A stretch of 32,000 nucleotides of DNA from Longivirga aurantiaca (GTDB lineage Bacteria > Actinomycetota > Actinomycetes > S36-B12 > CAIYMF01): the NCBI RefSeq assembly GCF_042660085.1, contig NZ_JBHSTI010000008.1, forward strand, positions 2,265,604 through 2,297,603, written 5' to 3'. The notes below the pieces were generated by a model. The model did no database searches and had not been told where the DNA came from. It saw nothing but the letters and a program-made list of their open reading frames with translations. The translations under genes were made by a program, and so were the position numbers. Positions 9,072 through 18,323 of the stretch are shown piece after piece (the first letter of the stretch is position 1; each line of letters starts with the position of its first letter).

Positions 9072-10298
9072 TCAGCCGACGACGCGGTCGCGGACGGCGA
9101 CGGCGAGGCCGGGGGCGAGCGGCAGCGGCGGCAGGAGCGCGATCTGCAGGGCGTGGTAGACGTCCGGACGGCCGGTCCAGGTGAGCGCCAGCGGCTCGTT
9201 GGCGGGCGACACCTCGTGCCGCCAGCCCCCGCCGCCCGCGAGGTCGGCGAAGTGCTCGACCGCGAAGTCCCAGACCTCGGCGTACCACTGCTCCCAGCGG
9301 GGGTCGCCGGTGGCGCGGTGCAGCGCCCACGCCGCGCCGATCGCCTCGCAGGCCACCCAGTGGAAGCGCTCGCGCACCACAGGGACACCGTCCTGGTCGG
9401 TCGTGTAGACGAAGCCGCCGCGCTCGACGTCCCAGGCGTCGGCCCGCGCCGTCTCCACCAGACCCACGGCCGCGTCGTCCAGCCAGGCCGGCGCCTCCGG
9501 GTCCGCAGCACGCAGGGCCAGGAGGAGGCGCGCCCACTCGAACGCGTGGCCCGGCGTCGCGCCGTACGGGCGGAAGGGGTGGCGCGGCTGGTCGAGGTTG
9601 TAGTCGGGCAGCGGTTGCCACGCGGTGTCGAAGTGCTCCGGGATGCGCCAGGAGCTCTCCCGCGCTGCCGTCATCATCCGCACGCACACGTCGGTCGCGC
9701 GCCGGCGCCACTGCGGGTCGCCGGTCGCGTCGGACGCGGCGAGGAACACCTCCACCAGGTGCATCGAGGCGTTGCCGCCGCGGTACTCCTCGCGGTCGCC
9801 CCAGGCGACGTCGTACGACTCGTACGGCATGCGCATCTCGTCGTCCCAGAAGTGCTCGAGCACCACTGCGAGCGCCTCGTCGAGCAGCTCGCGCGCTCCG
9901 GGACGGCCCGCGACGAGCGCGCTCGAGGCGGCCAGGACGACGAACGCGTGGCCGTACGCCTCCTTGCGCCCCTGGCCCCGGGCATCCGCGTCGGCGAACC
10001 ATCCGCCGTGCACCTCGTCGCGGTACGTCGTGCGCAGCGCCTCGAGACCGCGGTCGACGGCCTCGGCGCACCCGGCGCGACCCCGAAGCGCGCCGAGGGC
10101 GAGGCAGTGGATCATCCGGCAGCCGATCCACAGCGGTCGCCCCTTTGCGGGGTCGAGGCTGCCGTCGTCGGCACGCCACCCGAACCCGCCGTCGGACCGT
10201 TCGGATCCGAGCGCCCAGTCGAGCAGGCGGTCGGCCTCACGGTCGAGCCAGGCGACGTGCTCGGCACCCTCCGGCGTCGCGACGTCGAACAGGCTCAT
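9072..10298 (-). CDS. AGE-family epimerase/isomerase (N-acylglucosamine 2-epimerase / aldose-ketose isomerase-like, alpha6/alpha6 barrel)
   Basis: 408 aa with repeated W/H-rich helical motifs typical of the AGE fold (GGFGW, KEAYGHAFVVLAASSA, GGNASMHLVEVFLAA, ATPGHAFEWARLLL, RFHWVACEAIGAAWAL). Confidence 0.8.
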   Translation of the reverse strand: MSLFDVATPEGAEHVAWLDREADRLLDWALGSERSDGGFGWRADDGSLDPAKGRPLWIGCRMIHCLALGALRGRAGCAEAVDRGLEALRTTYRDEVHGGWFADADARGQGRKEAYGHAFVVLAASSALVAGRPGARELLDEALAVVLEHFWDDEMRMPYESYDVAWGDREEYRGGNASMHLVEVFLAASDATGDPQWRRRATDVCVRMMTAARESSWRIPEHFDTAWQPLPDYNLDQPRHPFRPYGATPGHAFEWARLLLALRAADPEAPAWLDDAAVGLVETARADAWDVERGGFVYTTDQDGVPVVRERFHWVACEAIGAAWALHRATGDPRWEQWYAEVWDFAVEHFADLAGGGGWRHEVSPANEPLALTWTGRPDVYHALQIALLPPLPLAPGLAVAVRDRVVG

Positions 10299-10722
10299 GC
10301 GGACCTCCGGCGCAGTGCGCCGGCCGGTCCGACGCGATCCGGGCCATCCTGCCCGAGCAGGACCGTCAGGGCGTGGCGCTCATCGTGGTCGGTGGCGGCG
10401 GATCGGGCACCGAGCCCATCGGCTCCAGGAGCAGCGCGACGACGCATGCCGCGAGGATCGGTGGCACGACCACGCGCGCCAGATCACGATCGACATTCAT
10501 GTGAGCAACCCCCGTTGGCGGCCGTGGGAGGATGGCCTCTCACCGTCATCATCGGCAGATGGCGCGCGGCCCTGTTGCCGTGCACGGTCGGTATCTGGTC
10601 CAGAACGCCGGTTCAGGATCTGCTGCGACTCCCGACGTTCATCCCGACGTCAGCCCGGGTACACCTGCGTCGGGCCAGATGGGTCAGCCGGGCGACGCCG
10701 CGTCGCACGTGAGGGAGTGACG

Positions 10723-11883
10723 ATGCAGGCGAGCGCTGCCACCGACCGCCCACGGGTGGTGATCGTCGACGTGCACGCGTCCGACTCGTTCCGCGAGTTC
10801 GCCGCAGCGCTGCGACGCCGTGGCGTCGACGTCATGCACGTCCGCCCCGCCTACCAGGGGCGGGGACGGTCGGTGAAGCGCGCGATCGACCGCCTCGCCG
10901 GGCCGATCGTCCCGCTGCACGGGCCGATCACCGGGGACGACCCGGCGACCGTCGCCCTGCGCCGGGAGATGCTGTCGGCGCCGACCGTGGACCTGCACGC
11001 GATCGAACCCGTCCTCGCAGACCTGGCGACGACTCCCGAGTGGCAGGCCAACCACGCTCTCCGCAGGCTGCGCCCCGGCGTCGAGCTCGGCGACGTCCTC
11101 GACAAGTGGGAGGTCGGACAGCTGGCCGTGGCCGCAGGCGTGCGGATCCCCGAGGCGAGCACCGACCTGACGACCGACCGGTTCCCCGTGGTCGTGAAGG
11201 GCCGCCTGGGCGCCGGCGGGATCTGGGTCCGGGTCGTGAACGACGCGGACGAGCTGCGGGCTGCCGTCGCCGACCTCGGAGGCGACGCGGCCGGCCTCTA
11301 CCTCGAGCGCTACCACCACACCGAGACCGGCCTCGGAACCGCCGGCGTGGCCCGCGACGGCGAGGTGCTGGTCTGCGGGGCGTTCGAGCGGCAGCCCAGC
11401 CCCGACGAGCCGCTCGCGCCCGCGGTCGCGATCAGGGCCTACCGCCACACTGCGGCGATCGAGGCGAGCGAGCGGCTCATTGGCGCTCTCGGCTACACGG
11501 GCATCTTCTGCCTCAACTTCGTCCCCGACGACGACGGCAGCCCGCTGCTGATCGACGTCAACCTGCGGGCGTTCGGGGCCTGGGTGACGCTCGACGAGCT
11601 GGGAGTCCCGATCCTCGACACCTACCTCGAGCTGATCGGTGCCGGCGCCGCTGCGCCCCCGATGAGGCTCGACGAGCAGCGCTGGGCACCCGTCGCGCGG
11701 ATCGGCACCGGGGCGAACGGAACGCTGGGCACGGTGTGGAGGGTGACCCGCGGCACCGGTGCGCTCGTGTGGCGCCGCCGACGCACGCTCGGATGGGGCT
11801 GGATGACCGGTACCGAGGTGCGCGTCGTGCAGACCGGGCTGACGGGCGCCGTCGGCGTCCTGCGAGGTCGGCGCCGTCGCTGA
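10723..11883 (+). CDS. ATP-grasp domain protein (386 aa), substrate unknown
   Basis: The ATG at 10723 is preceded by GAGGGAG with a 5-nt spacer. An ATP-grasp core is present (FPVVVKGRLGAGGIWVRVVNDADELRAAV ... GLYLERYH ... GYTGIFCLNFVPDDDGSPLLIDVNLRAFG). The ORF-track start at 9625 overlaps the AGE gene antisense and is rejected. Confidence 0.8.
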   Translation: MQASAATDRPRVVIVDVHASDSFREFAAALRRRGVDVMHVRPAYQGRGRSVKRAIDRLAGPIVPLHGPITGDDPATVALRREMLSAPTVDLHAIEPVLADLATTPEWQANHALRRLRPGVELGDVLDKWEVGQLAVAAGVRIPEASTDLTTDRFPVVVKGRLGAGGIWVRVVNDADELRAAVADLGGDAAGLYLERYHHTETGLGTAGVARDGEVLVCGAFERQPSPDEPLAPAVAIRAYRHTAAIEASERLIGALGYTGIFCLNFVPDDDGSPLLIDVNLRAFGAWVTLDELGVPILDTYLELIGAGAAAPPMRLDEQRWAPVARIGTGANGTLGTVWRVTRGTGALVWRRRRTLGWGWMTGTEVRVVQTGLTGAVGVLRGRRRR

Positions 11884-11904
11884 CCGCGAACGGGCCGGGA
11901 CGCG

Positions 11905-12672
11905 TCAGCCGACGCGGCGAGCGCCCATCGCGTCGCCCGCGAGGCGGGCGACGAGCAGCCGCAGCGTCTCGGAGTCGACTCCGCGGTCGAGCAGCCAGTG
12001 CGCAGCGCCCCCGCGCGAGCGCAGGTGCGCCAGGAAGATCCGCATCGCCTCCTCGTTCGGCTGCTGCGCGGGCCAGTCGGGAGTCGCGAGGTGGGCGTAC
12101 GCCGGGCGCGATCCGAGCCGCATCAGCACGGGCACGAGCCTCTGCTCGGTCAGGAGGTAGTCCTGCACCACCGCGTCGTCGTCCGCCCCGGCCAGCTTCA
12201 GCAGCAGGGCGCTCACGACGCCGGTGCGGTCCTTGCCCACGGCGCAGTGGACGTAGAGCGCGGAGCGAGACCAGGCGGTGCGGGCCAGGGCGTCCGCGAG
12301 ACGGAAGCCGCCGTTGTCGAGGTAGGCGGCGTAGCGCGCCGCGATCGGCTCCGCGTCGTGCACCCGGCCGATGGGGTCGGCGGCCACCTGCGCCCGCGCC
12401 AGGGGGACGGCCTCGTGCAGGACGTCGCTGCGCTGGTAGGCGCCGGCGAGCAGGCCGTCGCCGTCGAGCTCGCGCTCGTCCGGCTCGCGCAGGTCGAGCA
12501 CGTGCCGAACGCCGAGGGACCGCAGCTGCTCGATGCCGTCCGCCGTCAGGTGCACGACCGTCTCGCCGCGCAGGACCACGCCGAAGGAGGTCGCGCCCCC
12601 GTCCTTGAGCGGCACACCGCCCAGGTCGCGTGCGTTGTGCAGCCCGTCGACGTCCACCCATCGGTTCGTCAT
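11905..12672 (-). CDS. protein-tyrosine phosphatase (Y_phosphatase3-like)
   Basis: A CX5R P-loop is present as VHCAVGKDRTG. The N-terminus VDGLHNARDLGG is typical of this bacterial Tyr/lipid phosphatase family. Confidence 0.85.
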   Translation of the reverse strand: MTNRWVDVDGLHNARDLGGVPLKDGGATSFGVVLRGETVVHLTADGIEQLRSLGVRHVLDLREPDERELDGDGLLAGAYQRSDVLHEAVPLARAQVAADPIGRVHDAEPIAARYAAYLDNGGFRLADALARTAWSRSALYVHCAVGKDRTGVVSALLLKLAGADDDAVVQDYLLTEQRLVPVLMRLGSRPAYAHLATPDWPAQQPNEEAMRIFLAHLRSRGGAAHWLLDRGVDSETLRLLVARLAGDAMGARRVG

Positions 12673-12758
12673 GCCCCCACGGTCGCCCTCGCGCCTCTGC
12701 CGCCGCGGACGTGCGTGCGAACGGGAGGCGAACGTCCGGCGTACTCCTGGGTGACACG

Positions 12759-12800
12759 CCGAGGGCCGGCACCGGGAGCGGATCCGGTGCCGGCCCTCGG
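12759..12800 (-). terminator. perfect 17-bp stem / 8-nt loop hairpin downstream of the S8 peptidase gene
   Basis: CCGAGGGCCGGCACCGG-gagcggat-CCGGTGCCGGCCCTCGG lies 17 nt after the peptidase stop at 12817. There is no clear U-tract, which is common in high-G+C actinobacteria. Confidence 0.6.
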
Positions 12801-12816
12801 GCCGATCAGGTGCTGA

Positions 12817-15045
12817 CTACTTGGTGACCGTGAGGAGCACCGCGTGGGCGACCTCGGTGCCGCCGACCTTGACCCGCAGGAAGCCCTGCTTGAAGCCGGC
12901 CGGCGCCGCCTTCGCGGCGGTCGCCGTGACGGTGAACGTCGCCGACGCGCCTGCAGCCAGGGTGACCGACGAGGCGCTGACCGCGTAGGTGACGCCCGCA
13001 GGCTGGTCCGAGACCGACAGCGCGAAGGTCTTCGACGAACCGGTCGTGTTGGTGATCGTCATCGTCGTGGACCGTGCCTGGCCGCTGCCGGCGGGGATCC
13101 CGCCGAACGCGGCGCTGACCGGCCCGAGGACGGCCGGAGCGTCGACCGCGGCATCGAGGTTCTCGAGGCCCGCGCCCACGACGAGCACGTCGTTGGTGAC
13201 GGTCGCGGTCTTGTAGTCCTTCAGGACGCCCTGCGTCGCCGTGTTCACGATGGCGGAGCGGACCTGCTCGGCCGACCAGGTCGGGTGCTGACCGCGGACG
13301 ACCGCCGCCGAGCCCGCCAGGTGCGGCGACGCCATCGAGGTGCCGCTGAAGAACGCGAAGCAACCCGTGGCGTCCTCGCAGTCGGCCATGGGGATCGACG
13401 ACAGGACGTTGACGCCCGGGGCGACGACGTCGGGCTTGGCGCGCAGGCTCACGTCGACCGGGCCCTGGCTGGAGAAGCCCGCCATGACGTTCGCGTTCGA
13501 CGTCAGCTGGTAGCCCAGCTGGGCACCGATCGTGGCGGCCTTGCCGTCGAGCGCCAGGAGCGCGGCGCCGTACGAGCCGCCCACCATGTACGCCGGGATG
13601 GTCGGCTCCGGCGTCGTGCCGTCCGCGGCCATGGCGGTCGGGTCGCCCGCGACGTTGTTGACGACGATCACCGCGACGGCACCGGCGTTCTGCGCGCTCC
13701 GGACCTTGGTGGTGAAGGTGCATGCACCTCGCGACACGACGGCGATCTTGCCGGTGAGGCTGCCCGCGGGCAGTGCGGCGCAGGCGTCGCTGAAGCCGTT
13801 GGTGGTGCCCGTGACCACACCGAGCGGAGCGCCGAGATCAGCCGCAACCGTCGGGAAGTCGCCTGCAGCGACGAGGAACGGCTGCGCCGCGGTGGCGACC
13901 GTCAGGGTCGCGCCGACGAAGTGCGGGACGGCGCTCGCGCCTGCAGTGAGCGCGCGCTCGGCGGAGCCGGGCGAGCCCAGGGTGAACGGGCCGGGGCCCT
14001 CGTTGCCCGCCGACACCGCGACCACCATGTTCGCGCGGTCGAGGTTGTCGACGGCGATGGTGAGGAGGTCCTGGATGCCGTGGGCGTCGCCGCCGAGGCT
14101 CATGTTCGCGACGTCCATGCCGTCGGCGTAGGCGGCCTCGAGCGCGTTGAGGATGTCCTCCGAGCGCGCGCTCTCGACGTCGCCGGGGAAGACGTTGTAG
14201 TTGCCGAGGAGCGCCGCCGGGGCGACGCCCGACATCTTGTACGGCACCGCGACGCCGTCGACCGTGACCGGCGTCTGGTAGTTGCAGGCAACCGTGCCGG
14301 CGACGTGGGTGCCGTGGTCGCCGACGCCCTGCGCGTCGAAGCCGTTCTGGTTGAGCTTCATGTTGAAGACGCGAGCGACGATGACCTTGTTGTTCGTGTA
14401 CTTCTTGTCGCCGAGCTGGGTCTGGCCCGGGTAGCCGGCGTCGCTGAAGCACGGGTGGGTCTGGTCGATGCCGGAGTCGACGATGGCGACCTTGACGTTG
14501 CGACCCGCCCCGGCCGCCCCGTTGGTGCCCCAGCCCGCCGTCGCGTTGATGAGCGCGAGGTCCGGGTCGGCGATCGACGCCGCGGTCGGGTAGTAGACAC
14601 CCTCGTACTGAGCCTGCGCGACCATCGACGTCGCCGAGATCTGCTTGAGGCTCGCGCCGTTGAGCTTGACGGCCACGGCGTTGAGGGCGATGTCGAACTC
14701 ACCCGTGACCGAGGCGCCGGGGACGTTGGTGCGCAGCCAGGCCTTGTAGTCGTTGCGCGCCTTGGACAGCAGGGCGCGGTACGCCTTCGTCGTCGAGTTG
14801 TTGAAGTCGATCTTCTTGCCCTTGGCCGGCTTGGTCTTGGCCGCCGTGGCCAGCGGGGCCATGGTCAGCTGGACGATCGCGCGGCTGGTGTCCACCGTCG
14901 TCTTCGACGCGGTGGCGTCGTTCAACGGTGTCGCCCCGGCCGGCAGCGTGGCCGCCAGCGGAGCGACAGTCAGCGCGACGACGAGCGCGGACGCTGCGGT
15001 GGCAGCGGCGGCGGCACGTCGTGCGGTGGTGGTCGTACGGAGCAT
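12817..15045 (-). CDS. secreted S8 (subtilisin-family) serine peptidase with I9 propeptide and PA-domain insert
   Basis: Catalytic triad motifs are VAIVDSGID (Asp), HGTHVAGT (His) and GTSMASPHLAG (Ser). The N-terminal signal-like sequence is MLRTTTTARRAAAAATAASALVVALTVAPLAATLPAGA. The ATG at 15045 is preceded by GAGGAG with a 6-7 nt spacer. An inhibitor-I9-like propeptide is present, plus a PA-like insertion between the His and Ser motifs. Confidence 0.9.
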   Translation of the reverse strand: MLRTTTTARRAAAAATAASALVVALTVAPLAATLPAGATPLNDATASKTTVDTSRAIVQLTMAPLATAAKTKPAKGKKIDFNNSTTKAYRALLSKARNDYKAWLRTNVPGASVTGEFDIALNAVAVKLNGASLKQISATSMVAQAQYEGVYYPTAASIADPDLALINATAGWGTNGAAGAGRNVKVAIVDSGIDQTHPCFSDAGYPGQTQLGDKKYTNNKVIVARVFNMKLNQNGFDAQGVGDHGTHVAGTVACNYQTPVTVDGVAVPYKMSGVAPAALLGNYNVFPGDVESARSEDILNALEAAYADGMDVANMSLGGDAHGIQDLLTIAVDNLDRANMVVAVSAGNEGPGPFTLGSPGSAERALTAGASAVPHFVGATLTVATAAQPFLVAAGDFPTVAADLGAPLGVVTGTTNGFSDACAALPAGSLTGKIAVVSRGACTFTTKVRSAQNAGAVAVIVVNNVAGDPTAMAADGTTPEPTIPAYMVGGSYGAALLALDGKAATIGAQLGYQLTSNANVMAGFSSQGPVDVSLRAKPDVVAPGVNVLSSIPMADCEDATGCFAFFSGTSMASPHLAGSAAVVRGQHPTWSAEQVRSAIVNTATQGVLKDYKTATVTNDVLVVGAGLENLDAAVDAPAVLGPVSAAFGGIPAGSGQARSTTMTITNTTGSSKTFALSVSDQPAGVTYAVSASSVTLAAGASATFTVTATAAKAAPAGFKQGFLRVKVGGTEVAHAVLLTVTK

Positions 15046-15289
15046 CGAGATCTCCTCGTCGACAGGTGAGAACGGTGCGGGCCGGGAGGGCATCCGCCTC
15101 GTGGTGACGCGCAGACCATATGTGCAGGAATCGTCGCCACGCGCTTCCGTGACCGGAACTTCTCCTGCGGTAACCCGGTCGAGGGAACGAGGGCACGCAT
15201 CGTGCGACGTCGGTCACTCCTCGTGTCTGGATGCACGCGGTGCGAGGGCGCCTCGCCTCCCATCGCCCGGCCCTCCCAGGTGGAGGGAT

Positions 15290-15301
15290 CCGCATATGCG
15301 G
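15290..15301. promoter_or_regulatory. candidate operator: perfect palindrome CCGCATATGCGG upstream of the form-II Mo-hydroxylase operon
   Basis: This 12-bp perfect palindrome lies in the 426-bp divergent intergenic region, 170 nt upstream of the small-subunit ATG. It has the same CCGCA-N2-TGCGG architecture as the sites at 22376-22387 and 25749-25760. Confidence 0.35.
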
Positions 15302-15471
15302 GGAGAACGTGGGTCGTCTGTCCGCGATTTCGTCCTACGCCTCAGCATCCGGTCAGAGGTGCGGCGAACCCGCCCTACGCCCCCGTTGACGGGGGTACTT
15401 TCCGCGGCACGGGGCGACGGCTGTCCGGGACGTCGCGCGCCCTCGCCACTCCAACCCCAGGGAGATCATCG

Positions 15472-15948
15472 ATGACCCACATCGGAGTCACCGTGGACGG
15501 GATCCTGCGGCACGGTGACGTGGAGCCTCGACGGCTCCTCGTGCACTGGCTGCGCGAGGACCTCGGCCTCGTCGGCACACCGGTCGGATGCGACACCTCG
15601 AACTGCGGTGCCTGCACCGTCCTGATCGACGGACGCAGCGCCAAGTCGTGCAGCGTGCTCGCCGTCCAGGTGGACGGCCAGAGCGTCACCACGATCCAGG
15701 GCCTCGCCGACGGCGACGAGTGGCACCCGGTGCAGAAGGCGTTCAAGGAGTGCCACGCCCTCCAGTGCGGCTTCTGCACCCCCGGCATGGTCCTGGCCTC
15801 GGTCGACCTGCTCTCGGAGAACCCGGACCCGAGCGAGGACGAGATCCGGGCCGGCCTCGAGGGCAACCTCTGCCGCTGCACCGGCTATCACAACATCGTG
15901 AAGGCGGTCGCGACCGCTGCGGCCGAGATGAAGGGGGCGTCGGCATGA
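15472..15948 (+). CDS. (2Fe-2S)-binding small subunit of a form-II CoxSLM-type molybdenum hydroxylase
   Basis: Cysteine motifs are [18 protein letters not shown] and CRCTGY. GGGAGA lies upstream of the ATG at 15472. The stop overlaps the next start as ATGA. Confidence 0.9.
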   Translation: MTHIGVTVDGILRHGDVEPRRLLVHWLREDLGLVGTPVGCDTSNCGACTVLIDGRSAKSCSVLAVQVDGQSVTTIQGLADGDEWHPVQKAFKECHALQCGFCTPGMVLASVDLLSENPDPSEDEIRAGLEGNLCRCTGYHNIVKAVATAAAEMKGASA

Positions 15949-18323
15949 CCGAGACCGTCGAGCGCACGGACGGCCCTGCGATCGGTCGTTCCGACCGGCG
16001 CAAGGAGGACGCCCGGCTCCTGACCGGCCGCACCAACTGGACCGACAACATCCAGCTGCCCGGCACGCTGCACATGGCCACGCTGCGCAGCTCGGTCGCG
16101 CACGCGAGGATCACCCGGATCGACACCAGCGCCGCCACGGCGGCAGAGGGCGTCTTCGCCGTCTACACGGGCGCGGACTTCCCCGACCTCCTCGGCACCA
16201 CCTGCGTGTGGCCGGTCACCGACGACATCAACACCGCGACGATGCCGGCGATCTGCTCGGACACGGTCAACTTCGCGGGCGACGTCGTCGCCGTCGTCCT
16301 CGCCACCGAGCAGTCGCTCGCGGTCGACGCGCTCGACCTCATCGACGTCGACTACGAGCCGCTGCCGGCAGTGGTCGACATGGAGAGCGCCCTCGCGTCC
16401 GGCTCCCCGAACGTCCACGAGGACTTCGGCACGAACCAGTGCTTCACCATGAACGTGCCCTGGGGCGACTACGCCGCGGCGAAGGCCAAGGCCGACGTCG
16501 TCGTCAGCCGCCGGTTCATCAACCAGCGCCTCATCCCGAACCCGATGGAGCCTCGCTCGGTCGTCGCTGCGCCGATGGGGATGAGCGACGAGATCACCAT
16601 CTGGTCCTCGACCCAGATCCCCCACGTGCTTCGGGTCCTGCTGGCGCTGCTGACGGGCATCCCGGAGAACAACATCCGCGTCGTCGCACCCGACGTCGGC
16701 GGCGGCTTCGGCGCCAAGCTGCAGATCAACCGCGAGGAGGTGCTGTCGATCGTCCTGGCCAAGAAGCTGGGTCGCCCGGTCAAGTGGACCGAAGGTCGCA
16801 GCGAGCACTTCGTGTCGACGCACCACGGCCGCGACCAGATCCAGGACATCGAGATCGCCGCGACCAGCGACGGCACCATCCTGGGGCTGAAGGTCGACCT
16901 CAAGGCCGACATGGGCGCCTACCTGCAGATCATCACGCCCGGCACGCCGCTCCTCGGCATGTTCATGTACTCGGGCATCTACAAGATGGACGCGCTCGAC
17001 TTCACCTGCACCGGCGTCTACACCAACAAGACGCCGACCGACGCCTACCGCGGCGCCGGACGCCCGGAGGCGACGTACGCCATCGAGCGCATCGTCGACG
17101 AGCTCGCGAACGAGCTCGGCATGGAGCCGCTCGAGCTGCGCAAGAAGAACTGGATCAAGCACGAGGAGTTCCCCTACACGCAGATCGCGGGCCTCACGTA
17201 CGACACGGGCAACTACGAGGCCGCGACCGCGCGCGCGGTGGAGCTCTTCGGGTACGACGAGCTCCGCGCCGAGCAGGCCGCACGCCGCGCGAGCGGCGAC
17301 AAGGTTCAGCTCGGCATCGGCATCTCGACGTTCACCGAGATGTGCGGCCTCGCGCCGTCCCGCACCCTGGGCGCGCTCAAGTACGCCGCAGGCGGATGGG
17401 AGCACTGCACGATCCGTGTGACGCCGACCGGCAAGGTGGAGCTCGTCACCGGCACGTCGCCGCACGGGCAGGGCCACGAGACTGCGTGGAGCCAGATCGC
17501 CAGCGACATCATCGGCATCCCTGTCGAGGACATCGAGGTCGTGCACGGCGACACCGGCAGGGCGCCGTACGGCATGGACACGTACGGCTCGCGCTCGCTG
17601 GCCGTCGGTGGCCAGGCCATCAAGGCGGCTGGCGAGAGGGTCGTGGAGAAGGCACGGGTCATGGCCGCGCACCAGCTCGAGGTGAGCCCGGACGACATCG
17701 AGTTCAGCAACGGCACGTTCTCGGTGAAGGGCGACCCTGAGAAGAGCACGACCATCCAGGCCGTCGCGTGGGCCGCGTTCGCGGCGCACAACATCCCCGA
17801 CGGCATGGAGCCGATGCTGTCCGGCGAGTCGACCGTCGACCCGCAGGACTTCTCCTACCCCCACGGCACGCACCTCGCGGCCATGGAGGTCGACACGGAG
17901 ACCGGCATGGTCACGCTGCGCAAGTACGTCGCCGTCGACGACTGCGGCGTGCAGATCAACCCGCTCATCGTCGAGGGCCAGGTGCACGGCGGACTCGCCC
18001 AGGGCATCGCCCAGGCGATGTACGAGGGTGCCCTCTACGACGCTGACGGCAACCTGCTGACCGGGTCGATGGGCGACTACCTCCTTCCGAGCGCGGCCGA
18101 CCTGCCGTCGTTCATCACCGATCGGACGATCACTCCGTCCACGACACATCCCTTGGGGACCAAGGGGATCGGCGAGGCCGGCGCGATCGCGTCGACCCCG
18201 GCGATCATCAACGGCGTGGTCGACGCGCTGCGCCCCCTCGGCGTCAACGACGTCTTCATGCCCGCCAGCCCGCAGAACGTGTGGCGCGCCATCCAGGCGG
18301 CGCAGAACGGAGGTGCCGCATGA
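15945..18323 (+). CDS. molybdopterin-binding large subunit, form-II CoxL-like (xanthine dehydrogenase family)
   Basis: 792 aa. The active-site loop reads AYRGAGR (nt 17043-17063), which is the published form-II signature rather than the CODH signature AYXCSFR. ATGA overlaps occur at both ends (15945-15948 and 18320-18323). Confidence 0.9.
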   Translation: MTETVERTDGPAIGRSDRRKEDARLLTGRTNWTDNIQLPGTLHMATLRSSVAHARITRIDTSAATAAEGVFAVYTGADFPDLLGTTCVWPVTDDINTATMPAICSDTVNFAGDVVAVVLATEQSLAVDALDLIDVDYEPLPAVVDMESALASGSPNVHEDFGTNQCFTMNVPWGDYAAAKAKADVVVSRRFINQRLIPNPMEPRSVVAAPMGMSDEITIWSSTQIPHVLRVLLALLTGIPENNIRVVAPDVGGGFGAKLQINREEVLSIVLAKKLGRPVKWTEGRSEHFVSTHHGRDQIQDIEIAATSDGTILGLKVDLKADMGAYLQIITPGTPLLGMFMYSGIYKMDALDFTCTGVYTNKTPTDAYRGAGRPEATYAIERIVDELANELGMEPLELRKKNWIKHEEFPYTQIAGLTYDTGNYEAATARAVELFGYDELRAEQAARRASGDKVQLGIGISTFTEMCGLAPSRTLGALKYAAGGWEHCTIRVTPTGKVELVTGTSPHGQGHETAWSQIASDIIGIPVEDIEVVHGDTGRAPYGMDTYGSRSLAVGGQAIKAAGERVVEKARVMAAHQLEVSPDDIEFSNGTFSVKGDPEKSTTIQAVAWAAFAAHNIPDGMEPMLSGESTVDPQDFSYPHGTHLAAMEVDTETGMVTLRKYVAVDDCGVQINPLIVEGQVHGGLAQGIAQAMYEGALYDADGNLLTGSMGDYLLPSAADLPSFITDRTITPSTTHPLGTKGIGEAGAIASTPAIINGVVDALRPLGVNDVFMPASPQNVWRAIQAAQNGGAA

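Noticed and set aside
9625-10722. 5' extensions of ORF-track models: ATP-grasp from 9625, SDR from 8882, AAR-fusion from 7594, xdhC from 24302, SSB from 4343 and modB from 21836.
   Set aside because: The extensions are Arg/Ser/Pro-rich and overlap neighbouring genes or the tRNA. They precede the point where family homology begins. Internal starts with Shine-Dalgarno-like sequences or stop/start overlaps give canonical protein lengths.
11135-11150. CCGCA-N4-TGCGG (gccgcaggcgtgcggatc) inside the ATP-grasp CDS, as a fourth operator site.
   Set aside because: The spacer length is different (4 rather than 2), and the location is intragenic. The sequence is explained by common codons (…AAGVRIP…). 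It serves as a caution that half-sites occur by chance.
15302-15471. A possible Moco riboswitch in the leader of the form-II operon (contains CGCCTCCC and GGAGGG-type elements nearby).
   Set aside because: I could not align the region to the Moco RNA motif consensus from memory, and the P1 and conserved-loop features are not evident. Rfam RF01055 cmscan would be needed, so this is left unsupported.
15945-18323. Calling the first large subunit a second CO dehydrogenase.
   Set aside because: Its active-site loop is AYRGAGR and has no Cys for Cu ligation, and the gene order is S-L-M. These are form-II characteristics, so a CODH function is not supported.
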